Assembly: GCA_030390025.1 (NCBI GenBank)
Contig: JASTWF010000322.1
Span: 248,001 to 312,000, forward strand
Source of the DNA: Squalus acanthias
Taxonomy: Eukaryota
DNA: 64,000 bases
Direction of reading: 5' to 3'
Part shown: piece by piece, positions 33,668 through 46,700 of the stretch
Numbering within the stretch: position 1 is the first letter of the stretch
Layout: every line of letters starts with the position of its first letter
Translations under genes and position numbers: made by a program
The notes under the pieces: generated by a model
Database searches by the model: none
What the model saw: only the letters and a program-made list of their open reading frames with translations
What the model was told of the DNA's origin: nothing

Positions 33668-34952
33668 AAAGAAAGTCTTGCATTTCTATAGCGCCTTTCA
33701 TGACCACCGGACGTCCCAAAGCGCTTTATAGCCAATGAAGTACTTTTTGAAGTGTAGTCACTGTTGTATTGTGGGAAACGCAGCAGCCAATTTGCGCACA
33801 GCAAGCTCCCACAAACAGCAATGCGATAATGGCCAGATCATCTGTTTTAGTGAAATAACAACAGAAAACGCTGGAAAAACTCAGCAGGCCAGGCAGCATC
33901 CGTGGAGAGAGAAAGAGAGTTAACGTTTCAGGTCGATGACCTTTCATCATCTGTTTTAGTGATGTTGGTTGAGGGATAAATATTGGCCCCAGGACACCGG
34001 GGAGAATTCCCCCCCCCTGCTCTTCTTCGAGACAGCACCATGGGATCTTTTACAGCCACCCGAGAGAGCAGACGGGGCCTCGCTTTAACGTCTCATCCGA
34101 AAGACGGCACCGCCGACAGTGCAGCACTCCCTCAGCACTGGCACCGGGGAGTGTGGGCCTGGATTATGGAGCTCGAGTCCTAGAGTATATACATCTACCT
34201 CCGACAGTGCAGCGCTCCCTCAGCACTGGCACCGGGGAGTGTGGGCCTGGATTATGGGGCTCGAGTCCTAGAGTATATACATCCACCTCCGACAGTGCAG
34301 CGCTCCCTCAGTACTGGCACCGGGGAGTGTGGGCCTGGATTATGGAGCTCGAGTCCTAGAGTATATACATCTACCTCCGACAGTGCAGCACTCCCTCAGT
34401 ACTGGCACCGGGGATAGTGGGCCTGGATTATGGAGCTCGAGTCCTAGAGTATATACATCTACCTCCGACAGTGCAGCGCTCCCTCAGTACTGGCACCGGG
34501 GAGTGTGGGCCTGGATTATGGAGCTCGAGTCCGAGAGTATATACATCTACCTCCGACAGTGCAGCACTCCCTCAGTACTGGCACCGGGGAGAGTGGACCT
34601 GGATTATGGGGCTCGTGTCCTAGAGTATATACATCTACCTCCGACAGTGCAGCACTCCCTCAGTACTGGCACCGGGGAGTGTGGGCCTGGATTATGGGAC
34701 TCGAGTCCTAGAGTATATACATCTACCTCCGACAGTGCAGCGCTCCCTCAGTACTGGCACCGGGGAGTGTGGGCCTGGATTATGGGGCTCGAGTCCTAGA
34801 GTATATACATCTACCTCCGACAGTGCAGCGCTCCCTCAGTACTGGCACTGGGGAGTGTGGGCCTGGATTATGGGGCTCGAGTCCCGGGAGTGGGACTTGA
34901 ACCCACAACCTTCTGACTCAGAGGCGAGAGTGCTACCCACCCAGCCACCGCT
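33668..34952 (-). mobile_element. Full-length Deu-domain SINE: tRNA-derived head + about 9 x 88-bp VNTR + Deu core + L2-like tail
   Basis: The minus-strand head GGTGGCTGGGTGGGTAGCACTCTCGCCTCTGAGTCAGAAGGTTGTGGGTTCAAGTCCCACTCC has an A-box-like start and B-box GGTTCAAGTCC (about 34885-34950). VNTR at 34115-34882; Deu core at 33965-34115. Confidence 0.88.
33854..33945 (-). mobile_element. Solo Penelope family 1 pLTR end inserted in the SINE
   Basis: Reverse complement of about 31862-31955; flanked by a 17-bp direct repeat ATCATCTGTTTTAGTGA (33837-33853 and 33946-33962). Confidence 0.8.
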
Positions 34953-35029
34953 AACACTCAAAACACCGGCGTGGTCCAGTTGGGCTGAATGGCCTCTTTC
35001 TGTGCTGTGAATACTATGAAATCGGATTA

Positions 35030-37800
35030 GAATCACAGAAAAATTACGACACAGAAGGAGCCCATTCGGCCCATCGTGTCCATGCCGGCCGACAAAGAGC
35101 TCTCCGGCCTAATCCCACTGTCCAGCTCTAGGTCCGTAGCCCTGTAGGTTACGACACTCCAAGCGCATATCCAAGTACTGTTTAAAATGTGATGAGGGTT
35201 CCTGCCTCTACCACCCTTTCAGGCAGTGAGTTCCAGACCCCCACCACCCTCTGGCTGCAGAAAGTTCTCCTCAACTCCCCTCTAATCCTTCGACCAATTA
35301 CTTTCAATTTATGCCCCCTGGTTATTGACGTCACTGCTAAGGGAAATAGGTCCTTCCTATCCACTCTATCTCGGCCCCTCATCATTTTATACACCTCAAT
35401 TAAATCTCCCCTCAGCCTCCTCTGTTCCAAAGAAAACAACCCCAGCCTATCCAATCTGTCCTCGTAGCTGAAACACTCCAGTCCTGGCAACATCCTGGTA
35501 AACCTCCTCTGCACTCTCTCTAGTGCAATCACATCCTTCCTGTAATGTGGTGACCAGAACTGCACGCAGTACTCTAGCTGCAGCCTAACTAGTGTTTTAT
35601 ACAGTTCAAGCATAACCTCCCCTGCTCTTGTATTCTATTGAGAGGTCGCACAACACCAGGTTATAGTCCAACAGTTTTATTTGAAATCACAAGCTTTCGG
35701 AGCTATCGATTGCCTATTGGACTATTGGACTGTTGGACTATAACCTGGTGTTGTGCGACCTCTCAATTTTGTCCACCCCAGTCCAACACCGGCATCTCCG
35801 CATCATGACCACTTGTATTCTATGCCACGGCTAATAAAGGCAAGCATTCCGTATGCCTTCTTAACCACCTTATCTACCTGGCCTGCTACCTTCAGGGATC
35901 TGTGGACATGCACTCCAAGGTCCCTTTGTTCCTCTACACTACTCAGTGTCCTACCATTTAATGTGTATTCCTTTGCCTTGTTAGCCCTCCCCCCAAATGC
36001 ATTACCTCACACTTCTCCGGATTGAATTCCATTTGCCACTGTTCTGCCCACCTGACCAGTCCATTGATATCTTCCTACAGTTTACAGCTTCCTTCTCCAG
36101 TATCAACCACACAGCTGATTTTAGTATCATCTGCAAACTTCTTAATCATACCCCCTACATTCAAGTCTAGATCTTTGATAGATACCACAAAAAGCAAGGG
36201 ACCCAGTACTGAGCCCTGCGGAACCCCACTGGAAACAGCCTTCCAGTCACAAAAACACCCTTCGACCATTACCCTTTGCTTCCTGCCTCTGAGCCAATTT
36301 TGGATCTAACTTGCCACTTTCCCTTGGATCCCACGGGCTTTTACTTTCGTGACCAGTCTGCCATGCGGGACCTTATCAAAAGCCTTGCTAAAATCCATGT
36401 AGATGACATCAAACGCACTGCCCTCATCGACCCTCCTTGTTACCTCCTCAAAGAATTCAATCAAGTTAGTCAGACACGACCTGCCCTTAACAAAACCATG
36501 TTGACTGTCCTTGATTGATCTGTGTCTTTCTAAATGAAGGTTTATCCTGTCCCTCAGAATTGATTCCAGTAACTTGCCCACCACCGAGGTTAAACTAACT
36601 GGCCTGTAAATGCTCGAGGAACAGCACCTCATCTTTCATAGAAACATAGAAGATAGGAGCAGGAGTAGGCCATTCGGCCCCTCGAGCCTGCTCCGCCATT
36701 CGATGAGATCATGGCTGATCATCCAAACTCAGTACCCTGTCCCTGCTTTCTCCCCATATCCCTCGATACCTTTAGCTTTAAGAAATATATCTAACTCATT
36801 CTTGAATATATTTAATAGCTTGGCCTCAACTACCTTCAGTGGTAGAGAATTCCACAGGTTCACCACTCTCTGGGCGAAGAAATTCTTCCTCATTTCTGTC
36901 CTAAATGGCTTACCCCTTATCCTTAGATTATGACCCCTGGTTCTGGACTCTCCGACCATTGGGAACATCCTTCCTGCATCTAGTTTGTCCAGACCTGTCA
37001 GAATTTTATATGTTTCGATGAGATCTCCTCTCATTCTTCTATACTCCAGTGAGTATAAGCCCAATCGACCCAATCTCTCCTCATATGTCATTCCTGCCAT
37101 CCCAGGTATCAGCCTGGTGAATCTTTGTTGAACTCCTTCCATGGCAATAACATCCTTCCTCAGATAAGGCGACCAAAACTGCACACAGTACTCAAGGTGT
37201 GGTCTCACCAAGGCCCTGTACAACTGCAGCAGGACATCCCTGTTCCTATACTCAAACCCTTTCGCTATGAAGGCCAACATACCATTTGCCTTCTTCACCG
37301 CCTGCTGCACCTGCAAGCTTACCTTCAGCGACTGGTGCACAAGGACACCCAGGTCTCGTTGCACTTCCCCTTCTCCCAATCTATTGCCATTCAGATAATA
37401 GTCTGCCTTTATGTTTTTGACACCAAAGTGGATAACCTCGCATTTATTCACGTTATATTGCATCTGCCACGCTTCTGCCCACTCACCCAACCTGTCCAAA
37501 TCATCCTGGAGTTTCTCAGTATCCTCCTCGCAGCACACACGCCCACCCAGCTTTGTGTCATCTGCAAACTTGGAGATATTACATTTAGCTCCCTTATCTA
37601 GATCATTAATGTATATTGTGAATAGCTGGGGTCCAAGGACCGATCCCTGCGGTACCCCACTAGTCACTGTCTGCCACTCGGAAAAAGACCCATTAATTCC
37701 TACTCTCTGCTTTCTGTCCGCCAACCAGTTCTCTATCTAAGTCAATACCTTCCCCCAATCCCATGTGCCTTAACTTTACATGCTAATCTCTTATGCGGGA
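35030..37800 (-). mobile_element. Two CR1 RT-to-3' fragments (35030-36610 and 36638-37800)
   Basis: ORFs 35182..35613, 36075..36269, 36306..36632 and 36729..37724 (331 aa, [20 protein letters not shown]). Confidence 0.9.
35639..35811 (+). mobile_element. Short 5'-inverted Penelope family 2 insertion
   Basis: Perfect inverted repeat of about 38 bp; 12-bp TSD CTTGTATTCTAT (35627-35638 and 35812-35823) within a CR1. Confidence 0.8.
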
Positions 37801-38397
37801 CCTCAAAGCACTGGAGAGGTACCACGAACGCTGCCTCCGCAAGATCCTGCCAATCCATGGGCAGGATAGGTGCACCAACGTCAGTGTTCTCGCTCAGGCC
37901 AACATCCCCAGCATCGAAGCTTTGACCACGCTCGATCAGCTCCGATGGATGGGCCACATCGTCCGCATGCCCGATAAGAGACTCCCAAAACAAACGCTCT
38001 ACTCGGAGCTCCGACACAGCAAGAGAGCCCCAGGTGGGCAGAGGAAATGCTTCAAGGACACCCTCAAAGCCTCCTTGAAAAAGTGCAACATCCCCACCGA
38101 CACCTGGGAATCCCTGGCCCAAGACCAGAGCACAAAGTGGAGGAGAAGCATCCGGGAAGGCGCCGAACACCTCGAGTCTCTTCGCCGGGAGCAAGCGGAA
38201 GCCAAGCGCGATCAGCGCAAGGAGCGCACGTCAACCCAAGCACCCCACACCCACCCGCCCCCTTCAACCACCATCTGCCCCACCTGTGACAGAGACTGTA
38301 GGTCCCGCATAGGACTCATCAGTCACCTGAGAACTCATTTTTAATGTGGAAACAAGTCATCCTCGGTTCCGAGGGACTGCCTCAGAAGAAGAAGAAA
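37800..38397 (+). mobile_element. RTE-clade LINE 3' fragment
   Basis: LRWMGHIVRMPDKRLPKQTLYSEL..GGQRKCFKDTLK and a C-terminal CPTC..HLRTH; short 3' UTR ending in (GAA)n. Confidence 0.85.
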
Positions 38398-39022
38398 CAT
38401 AGAAAAATAGGAGCAGGAGTAGGCCATTCGGCCCTTCGAGCCTGCTCCGCCATTCAATATGATCATGGCTGATCCTCTATCTCAATACCATATTCCCGCT
38501 CTCTCCCCATACCCCTTGATGCCTTTTGTGTCTAGAAATCGATCTATCTCCTTCTTAAATATATTCAGTGACTTGGCCTCCACAGCCTTCTGTGGTAGAG
38601 AATTCCACAGGTTCACCACCCTCTGAGTGAAGAAATTTCTCCTCATCTCAGTCCTAAATGTCCTACCCCGTATCCTGAGACTGTGTGACCCCTCGTTCTA
38701 GACCCCCCCCCCAGCCAGGGGAAACATCCTCCCTGCATCCAGTCTGTCTAGCCCTGTCAGAATTTTATACGTTTCAATGAGATCCCCTCTCATTCTTCTA
38801 AACTCTAGTGAATACAGGCCTAGTCGACCCAATCTCTCCACATACGATAGTCCTGCCATCCCAGGAATCAGTCTGGTGAACCTTCGCTGCACTCCCTCTA
38901 TGGCAAGTATATTCTTTCTTAGGTAAGGAGATCAAAACTGCACACAGTACTCCAGGTGTGGTCTCACCAAGGCCCTGTACAACTGTAGTAAGACATCCTT
39001 GCTCCTGTACTCAAATCCTCTT
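38398..39022 (-). mobile_element. CR1 3' fragment
   Basis: ORF 38698..38892; near-identical to 26845-27475. Confidence 0.85.
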
Positions 39023-39530
39023 GCACTGTCGGAGGTAGATGTATGTACTCTGGGACTCGAGCTCCATAATCCAGGCCCACACTCCCCGGTGCCAGTACTG
39101 AGGGAGCGCTGCACTGTCGGAGGTAGATGTATATACTCTAGGACTCGAGCCCCATAATCCAGGCCCACACTCCCCGGTGCCAGTACTGAGGGAGCGCTGC
39201 ACTGTCGGAGGTGCCGTCTTTCGGATGAGACGTTAAACCGAGGCCCCGTCTGCTCTTTCAGGTGGACGTAAAAGATCCCACGGCCACTATTTCAAAGAAG
39301 AGCATGGGGGGGAGTTCTCCCCGGTGTCCTGGGGCCAATATTTATCCCTCAACCATCATAACAAAAAAAAACCAGCTAATCTGGTCGTTATCACATTGCT
39401 GTTTGTGGGAGCTTGCTGTGCGCAAATTGGCTGCCGTGTTTCCCACATTACAACAGTGACCACACTTCAAAAAGTACTTCATTGGCTGTAAAGTGCTTTG
39501 AGACGTCCGGTGGTCGCGAAAGGTGCTATA
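39023..39530 (+). mobile_element. Deu-domain SINE with 2 VNTR units, 5'-truncated, + orientation
   Basis: VNTR at 39023-39210, Deu core at 39210-39360, tail ending AAAGGTGCTATA. Confidence 0.85.
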
Positions 39531-42500
39531 CACACCTGGAGTACTGCGTACAGTTTTGGTCTCCTTATTTAAGGAAGGATATACTTGCATTGGAGGCAGT
39601 TCAGAGACGATTCACTCGGTTAATTCCAGAGATGAGGGGGTTGACTTATGACGAAAGGTTGAGCAGGTTGGGCCTATACTCATTGGAATTTAGAAGAATG
39701 AGAGGTGATCTTATTGAAACATATAAGATACTGAGGGGGCCTCGACAAGGTAGATGCAGAGAGGATGTTTCCCCTCGTGGGGAAATCTAGAACTCGGGGG
39801 CACAGTTTCAGAATAAAGGGTCGCCCTTTTAGAACTGAGATGAGGAGGAATTTCTTCTCTCAGAGGGTCGTAAATCTGTGGAATTCTCTGCCCCAGAGAG
39901 CTGTGGAGGCTGGGTCATTGAATACATTTAAGGTGGAGATAGACAGATCTTTGCAAGATAAGGGAGTGAAGGGTTATGGGGAGCGGGCGGGGAAGTGGCT
40001 TTGAGCCCAAGATCAGCCATGATCTTATTGAATGGCGGAGCAGGCTGGAGGGGCCAAGTGGCCTATTCCTGCTCCTGTGTCTTATGTTCTATAGAAATGC
40101 AAGTCTTTCTTTTATGCAAGTGTAAAAGATCTTTGTGTTTTCTACTTGCCAGTATTTTATCATGCCTTCTTTTTGCTTTCCTAACTTCCTTCTGCACTCT
40201 TGGAGGGGTCACAGTCTCAGGATAAGGGGTCGGCCATTTAGGACTGAGATGAGGAGGAATTTCTTCACTCAGAGGGCGGTGAATCTTTGGAATTCTCTGC
40301 CCCAGAGGGCTGTGGAGGCTCAGTCGTTGAGAATATTGAAGGCATGGCAGATGCAGCATAATGTGGATAAATGCGAGGTTATCCACTTTGGTGGCAAAAA
40401 CAGGAAGGCAGATTATTATCTGAACGGCAATAGATTGGGAAAAGGGGAGGTGCCACGAGACCTGGGTGTCCTTGTGCACCAGTCGCTGAAGGTAAGCTTG
40501 CAGGTGCAACAGGCGGTTAAAAAGGCAAATGGTATGTTGGCCCTCATAGCGAGAGGATTCGAGTACAGGAACAAGGATGTCTGGGCCTTGGTGAGACCAC
40601 ACCTTGAGTATTGTGTGCAGTTTTGGTCACGTTATCTGAGGAAGGATGTTCTTGCCATGGAGGGAGTGCAGCGAAGATTCACCAGGCTGATACCTGGGAT
40701 GGCAGGAATGACATATGAAGAGAGATTGGGTCGATTAGGCTTGTATTCGCTCGAGTTTAGAAGAATGAGAGGAGATCTCATTGAAACTTATAAAATTCTT
40801 ACAGGACTAGACAGACTAGATGCAGGAAGGATGTTCCCGATGGTCGGGGAGTCCAGAACCGGGGGTCACAGTCTAAGGATAAGGGGTAAGCCATTTAGGA
40901 CTGAGATGAGGAGGAATTTCTTCACCCAGAGAGTGGTGAACCTGTGGAATTCTCTACCACAGAAGGCAGTTGAGTCCAATTCATTAAATATATTCAAGAA
41001 GGAGATAGATATATTTCTTAAGGCTAAAGGGATCAAGGGATATGGGGAGAAAGCAGGGACAGGGTACTGAGTTTGGATGATCAGCCATGATCTCATCGAA
41101 TGGCGGAGCAGGCTCGAGGGGCCGAATGGCCTACTCCTGCTCCTATCTTCTATGTTTCTAATGATATAGGCTTCCCTTTCTTTGCCTCGTCTTACCCTGG
41201 AAGCCCCTGGTCATCCAGGGGAGCTCTAAATTTGGCCGTTCAACGCTCTTTCTGTCTTCACCCTGAACTCCAAGCATCTCCCTCTTCAATGCCTCCCACT
41301 GCTCGGACACTGGTTTACCTTCAAGTAACTTGTCTCCGGCCCACTTTTGCTAAATCGCTTCTCAACCTCATGAAATTGGCCTCCCCCTCCCAATTTAGGA
41401 CCCTTACTCCTGTTTTTTCTTTGTCCTAATCCATAATCGTCACAGAAATTCTCGTCACAGGAGGCCATTCGGCCCATCTTGTCCATGCCGGCCGACAAAG
41501 ACCTATCCAGCCTAATCCCACTTTCCAGCTCTAGGTCCGTAGCCCTGTGGGTTTTGGCACTTCAAGCGCATATCCAAGTACTGTTTAAAATGTGATGAGG
41601 GTTCCTGCCTCTACCACCCTTTCAGACAGTGAGTTCCAGACCCCCACCACCCTCTGGGTGAAGAAATTTCTCCTCAACTCCCCTCTAAACCTTCTACCAA
41701 TTACTTTCAATCTATGCCCCCTGGTTATTGACCTCTCTGCTAAGGGAAATAGGTCCTTCCTATCCACTCTATCTCGGCCCCTCATCATTTTATACACCTC
41801 AATTAAATCTCCCCTCAGCCTCCTCTGTTCCAAAGAAAACCATCCCAGCCTAACCAGCCTTTCCTCATAGCTAAAATTCTCCTGCCCTGGCAACATCCTG
41901 GTAAATCTCCTCTGTACCCTCTCTAGTGCAATCACATCCTTCCTGTAATGTGGTGACCAGAACTGCACGCAGTACTCTAGCTGAGGCCTAACTAGTGTTT
42001 TATACAATTCAAGCATAACCAGCCCTGCTCTTGTATTCTATGCCTCGGCTAATAAAGGCAAGCATTCCGTATGCCTTCTTAACCACCTTATCTACCTGGC
42101 CTGCTACCTTCAGGGATCTGTGGACATGCACTCCAAGGTCCCTCTGTTCCTCTACACTACTCAGTGTCCTACCATTTATTGTGTATTCCCTTTCCTTGTT
42201 AGCCCTCCCCAAATGCATTACCTCACACTTCTCCGGATTGAATTCCATTTGCCACTGTTCTGCCCACCTGACCAATTTATTGATACCTTCCTGCAGTCTA
42301 CTGCTTCCTTCTTCTGTATCAACCACACGGTCAATTTTTGTATCATCTGCAAACTTCTTAATCATACCCCCTATATTCAAGTCTAGATCGTTGATATATA
42401 CCACAAAAAGCAAGGGACCCAGTACTGAGCCCTGCGGAACCCCTCTGGAAACAGCCTTATTTGTTCTTTAGTTCAACCCATATGGCCTCGTTGGACGATC

Positions 42501-45500
42501 CTTCTAAGATATCCTCCCTCCTCACAGCTGGAATTGTTTCTTTAACCAATATTACGACCCCCGCCCCCCCAATCCTTTTTTAACCCCCTCTCGATCTCGT
42601 CCGAAAACCCTGTAACCAGGAATCTTCAGCTGCCATTCCTGCCTTTCTTTCAGCCATACATAGAAACATAGAAGATAGGAGCAGGAGTAGGCCATTCGGC
42701 CCCTCGAGCCTGCTCCGCCATTCAATGAGATCATGGCTGATCATCCAAACTCAGTACCCTGTACCTGCTTTCTCCCCATATCCCTTGATCCCTTTCGCCT
42801 TAAGAAATATATCCAACTCCTTCTTGAATATATTTATTGAATTGGCCTCAACTGCCTTCTGTGGTAGAGAATTCCACAGGTTCACCACTCTCTGGGTGAA
42901 GAAATTCCTCCTCATCTCAGTCCTAAATGGCTTACCCCTTATCCTTAGATTATGACCCCTGGTTCTGGACTCCCGACCATCGGGAACATCCTTCCTGCAT
43001 CTAGTCTGTCCAGTCCTGTCAGAATTTTATAAGTTTCAATGAGATCCCCTCTCATTCTTCTAAACTCCAGCGAGTATAAGCCCAATCGATCCAATCTCTC
43101 CTCATATGTCATTCCTGCCATCCCAGGTATCAGCCTGGTGAATCTTCGCTGAACTTCTTCCATGGCAAGAACCTCCTTCCTCAGATAAGGCGACCAAAAC
43201 TGCACACAGTACTCAAGATGTGGTCTCACCAAGGCCCTGTACAACTGCAGCAAGACATCCTTGTTCCTGTACTCGAACCCTTTCGCTACGAAGGCCAACA
43301 TACCATTTGCCTTCTTAACCACCTGCTGCACCTGCATGCTTACCTTCAGCGACTGGTGCACAAGGACACCCAGGTCTCATTGCACTTCCCCTTCTCCCAA
43401 TCTATTGCCATTCAGATAATAATCTGCCTTCCTGTCTCAGTAATGGCTATAATATCACACTGAAGTGCCAGGCAATGACCATCTCCAACAAGCGAGAGTC
43501 TAACCACCTCCCCTTGACATTCAACGGTATTGCCATCGCCGAATCCCCCACCATCAACATCCTGGGGGTCACCATTGACCAGAAACTTAACTGGACCAGC
43601 CACATAAATACTGTGGCAATAAGAGCAGGTCAGAGGCTGGGTATTCTGCGGCGAGTGTCTCACCTCCTGACTCCCCAAAGCCTTTCCACCATCTACAAGG
43701 CACAAGTCAGGAGTGTGCTGGAATACTCTCCACTTGCCTGGATGAGTGCAGCTCCAACAACACTCAAGAAGCTCGACACCATCCAGGACAAAGCAGCCCG
43801 CTTGATTGGCCCCCCATCCACCAACTTAAACATTTACTCCCTCCACCACCGGCGCACCGTGGCTGCAGTGTGTACCATCTACAAGATGCACTGCAGCAAC
43901 TCGCCAAGGCTTCTTCGGCAGCACCTCCCAAACCCGCGACCTCTTCCACCTAGAAGGACAAGGGCAGCAGGCGCATGGGAACACCACCACCTCCAAGTTC
44001 CCCTCCAAGTCACACACCATCCTGACTCAGAAGTATATCGGGCCGTTCCTTCATCGTCGCTGGGTCCAAATCCTGGAACTCCCTCCCTAACAGCACTGTG
44101 GGAGCACCTTCACCACACGGACTGCAGCGGTTCAAGAAGGCGGCTCACCACCACCTTCTCAAGGGGCAACTAGGGATGGGCGATAAATGCTGTCCTTGCC
44201 AGCGATGCCCATATCCCAGGAACAAATAAAAGAATACTCCCACAAGTTTATCTGTGCCCTCAGCTCATCTCCCTTATTCCCTAGACTCCTTGCGTTGAAG
44301 TATATCCCATTTAACATTGCAAAACTCCCTTGTTGTCTATTTCCTAGCCCTCATTTCCTCTGCCTTCCAAACTCGCTTACTAATCTTCTGCCCTCCATTT
44401 CCAGCTTTGCTTCTCTCCCATCTGAAACTACTCTCGGGTTCCCATCCTCCTGCCCAGCTAGTTTAAACCCTCCCCAACAGCACTAGCAAACCTCCCTTCA
44501 CAAGGATATTGGTCCCGGCTCTGTTGAGGTGCAACCCATCCGGCTTGTACAGGTCCCACCTTCCCCCAGAAACATAAGAACTAGGAGCAGGAGTAGGCCA
44601 TTCGGCCCCTCGAGCCTGCTCCGCTATTCAATAAGATCATGGATGATCTGATCTTCACCTCAACTCCACTTCCCTGCCCGCTCCCCATAACCCTCGACTC
44701 CCTTACCATTCAAAAATCTGTCCATCTCCACCTTGAATATATTTAATGACCCAGCCTTCACAGCTCTCTGGGGCAGAGAATTCCACAGATTTACGACCCT
44801 CTGAGAGAAGAAATTCCTCCTCATTTCCATTTTAAATGGGCGACCCCTTATCCTGAAATTATGCCTCCCTAGTTCTAGATTCCCCCACGAGGGGAAACAT
44901 CCTCTCTGCATCGACCCTGTCAAGCCCCCTCAGAATCTTATATGTTTCAATAAGATCCCCTCTTATTCTTCTAAACTCCAATGAGTAGAGGCCCAACCTG
45001 CTCAACCTTTCCTCATAAGACAACCCCTTCATCTCCGGAATCAACCTAGTGAACCTTCTCTGAACTGCCTCCAATGCAAGTATATCCTTCCTTAAATAAG
45101 GAGACCAAAACTGCACGCAGTATTCCAGGTGTGGTCTCACCAGCGCCCTGTACAGTTGTAGCAGGACTTCCCTATTTTTACACTCCATTCCCCTTGCAAT
45201 AAAGGCCAACACTCCATTAGCCTTCCTAATTACTTGCTGTACCTGCATGCTAACTTTTTGTGATTCATGTACAAGGACCTCCAGATCCCTCTGTATCTCA
45301 GCATTTTGTAATCTCTCCCCATTTAAATAATAATTTGCTTTTTTATTTTTCCTACCAAAGTGGATAACCTCGCATTTTCCCACATTATACTCCATCTGCC
45401 AGATTTTTGCCCACTCACTTAGCCAATCTAGTATCCCTTTGCAGACTCTGTGTCCTCCTCACAACTTGCTTTCCCACCCATCTTTGTATCATCAGCAAAT

Positions 45501-45644
45501 TTGGCTACAGTACACTCGGTCCCTTCATCCAAGTCATTAATATAGGTTGTAAATAGTTGAGGCCCCAGCACTGATCCCTGTGGCACCCCACTAGTTACAG
45601 TTTGCCAACCTGAAAATGACCCATTTATCCCGACTCTGTTTTCT

Positions 45645-45745
45645 GTTCTGACGAAAGGTCTTCGACCTGAAACGTTAACTCTGTTTCTCTCTCCACGGAT
45701 GCTGCCTCACCTGCTGAGTTTTTCCAGCATTTTCTGTTGTTATTT
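45645..45745 (+). mobile_element. Solo Penelope family 1 pLTR end beginning at an intact hammerhead core
   Basis: GUU-CUGACGA-A-AGGUC(UUC)GACCU-GAAA-CGUU-AAC at 45645-45679, then the same tail as 31890-31955; inserted in a CR1 RT. Confidence 0.75.
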
Positions 45746-45844
45746 TTGTTAGTTAGCCAATCCTCTCTCCATGCCAATATATTACCCCCAACCCCGTGAG
45801 CTCTTATCTTGTGCAGTAATGTTTTACGTGGCACCTTGCCTCAG

Positions 45845-46395
45845 GAATCTAAAGCCTTCCCTCCGGCACCATCTCTCCAGCCACGCATTCATCTGTTCTA
45901 TCCTCCTATTCCTGTACTCACTAGCACGTGGCACCGGGAGTAATCCAGGAGATTACTACCTTTGAGGTCCTGCTTTTTAATCTCTCTCCTAGCGTCGTAA
46001 ACTCTGCCTGCAGGACCTCATCCCTCTTTCTGCCCATGTCGTTGGTACCGATATGGACCACGACCTCTGGCTGTTCACCTTCCCCCCCTCAGAGTGTCCT
46101 GCAGATGTTCAGTGACATCCTTGACCCTGGCACCAGGGAGGCAACATACCATCCTGGAGTCACGTCTGTGGCCGCAGAAACGCCTGTCTGTTCCCCTAAC
46201 TATCGAATCCCCTACCACTATTGCTCTTCCACTTCCCCCCGAGCCACCCATGGTGCTGTGGACTTGGTGCCACGCCCCAGAGGAATCATCGCCCTCACCA
46301 GTACTCGGAGCTGAAAACCGGTTAGCGAGCGAGATTCACTCAGGGTATTCCTGCCCTACCTGCCTGGTCCTCCTCTTGTGTCTGCACACTCTTTA
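45845..46395 (-). mobile_element. CR1 ORF1 fragment (SGNH/GDSL esterase-like domain), disrupted
   Basis: Manual translation AIVVGDSIVRGTDRRFCG..CCLPGARVKDV..VVVHIGTND..LKSRTSKVVIS. A likely C-terminal piece (LYKPDGLHLN) lies at about 44460-44570 and an N-terminal piece at 49445-49653. Confidence 0.75.
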
Positions 46396-46663
46396 AACAT
46401 ACGTACATAAGATGTAGGAGCAGGAGTCGGCCATTCGGCCCCTCGAGCCTGCTCCGCCATTCAATGAGATCATGGCTGATCTGATCTTGGCCTCAACTCC
46501 ACTTCCCTGCCCGCTCCCCATAACCCTGGACTCCCTTACCATTCAAAAATCTATCTCCACCTTAAATATCTTCCATGATGCGGAGATGCCAATGTTGGAC
46601 TGGGGTGGACAAAAGTGAGAAGTCGCACAACACCAGGTTATAGTCCAACAGTTTTATTTGAAA

Positions 46664-46700
46664 TCACGAGCTTTCGGAGCGCTGCTCCTTCGTCAGGTGA
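46664..46700 (-). ncRNA. Hammerhead motif (family 2)
   Basis: Reverse complement reads UCAC-CUGACGA-A-GGAGC(AGC)GCUCC-GAAA-GCUC-GUGA. Confidence 0.72.

Larger units (their letters stand above)
39531..46573. mobile_element. Dense CR1 mosaic: + copies at 39531-41160, - copies at 41165-46573, second-family LINE (+) at 43463-44230
   Basis: Many ORFs with CR1 RT C-terminal motifs; endonuclease-region piece WLKERQEWQLKIPGYRVFGRDR at about 42560-42655. Confidence 0.85.

Noticed and set aside
34885..34950. tRNA gene
   Set aside because: It has A/B-box-like motifs but is the head of the SINE, running straight into the VNTR with no terminator.
36612..36637. 26-bp match to the Penelope endonuclease end (LEEQHLIF)
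   Set aside because: Probably a real remnant at a CR1 junction, but too short to interpret.
38270..38344. Third host C2H2 zinc-finger gene
   Set aside because: The single finger is the C-terminal motif of the RTE LINE ORF.
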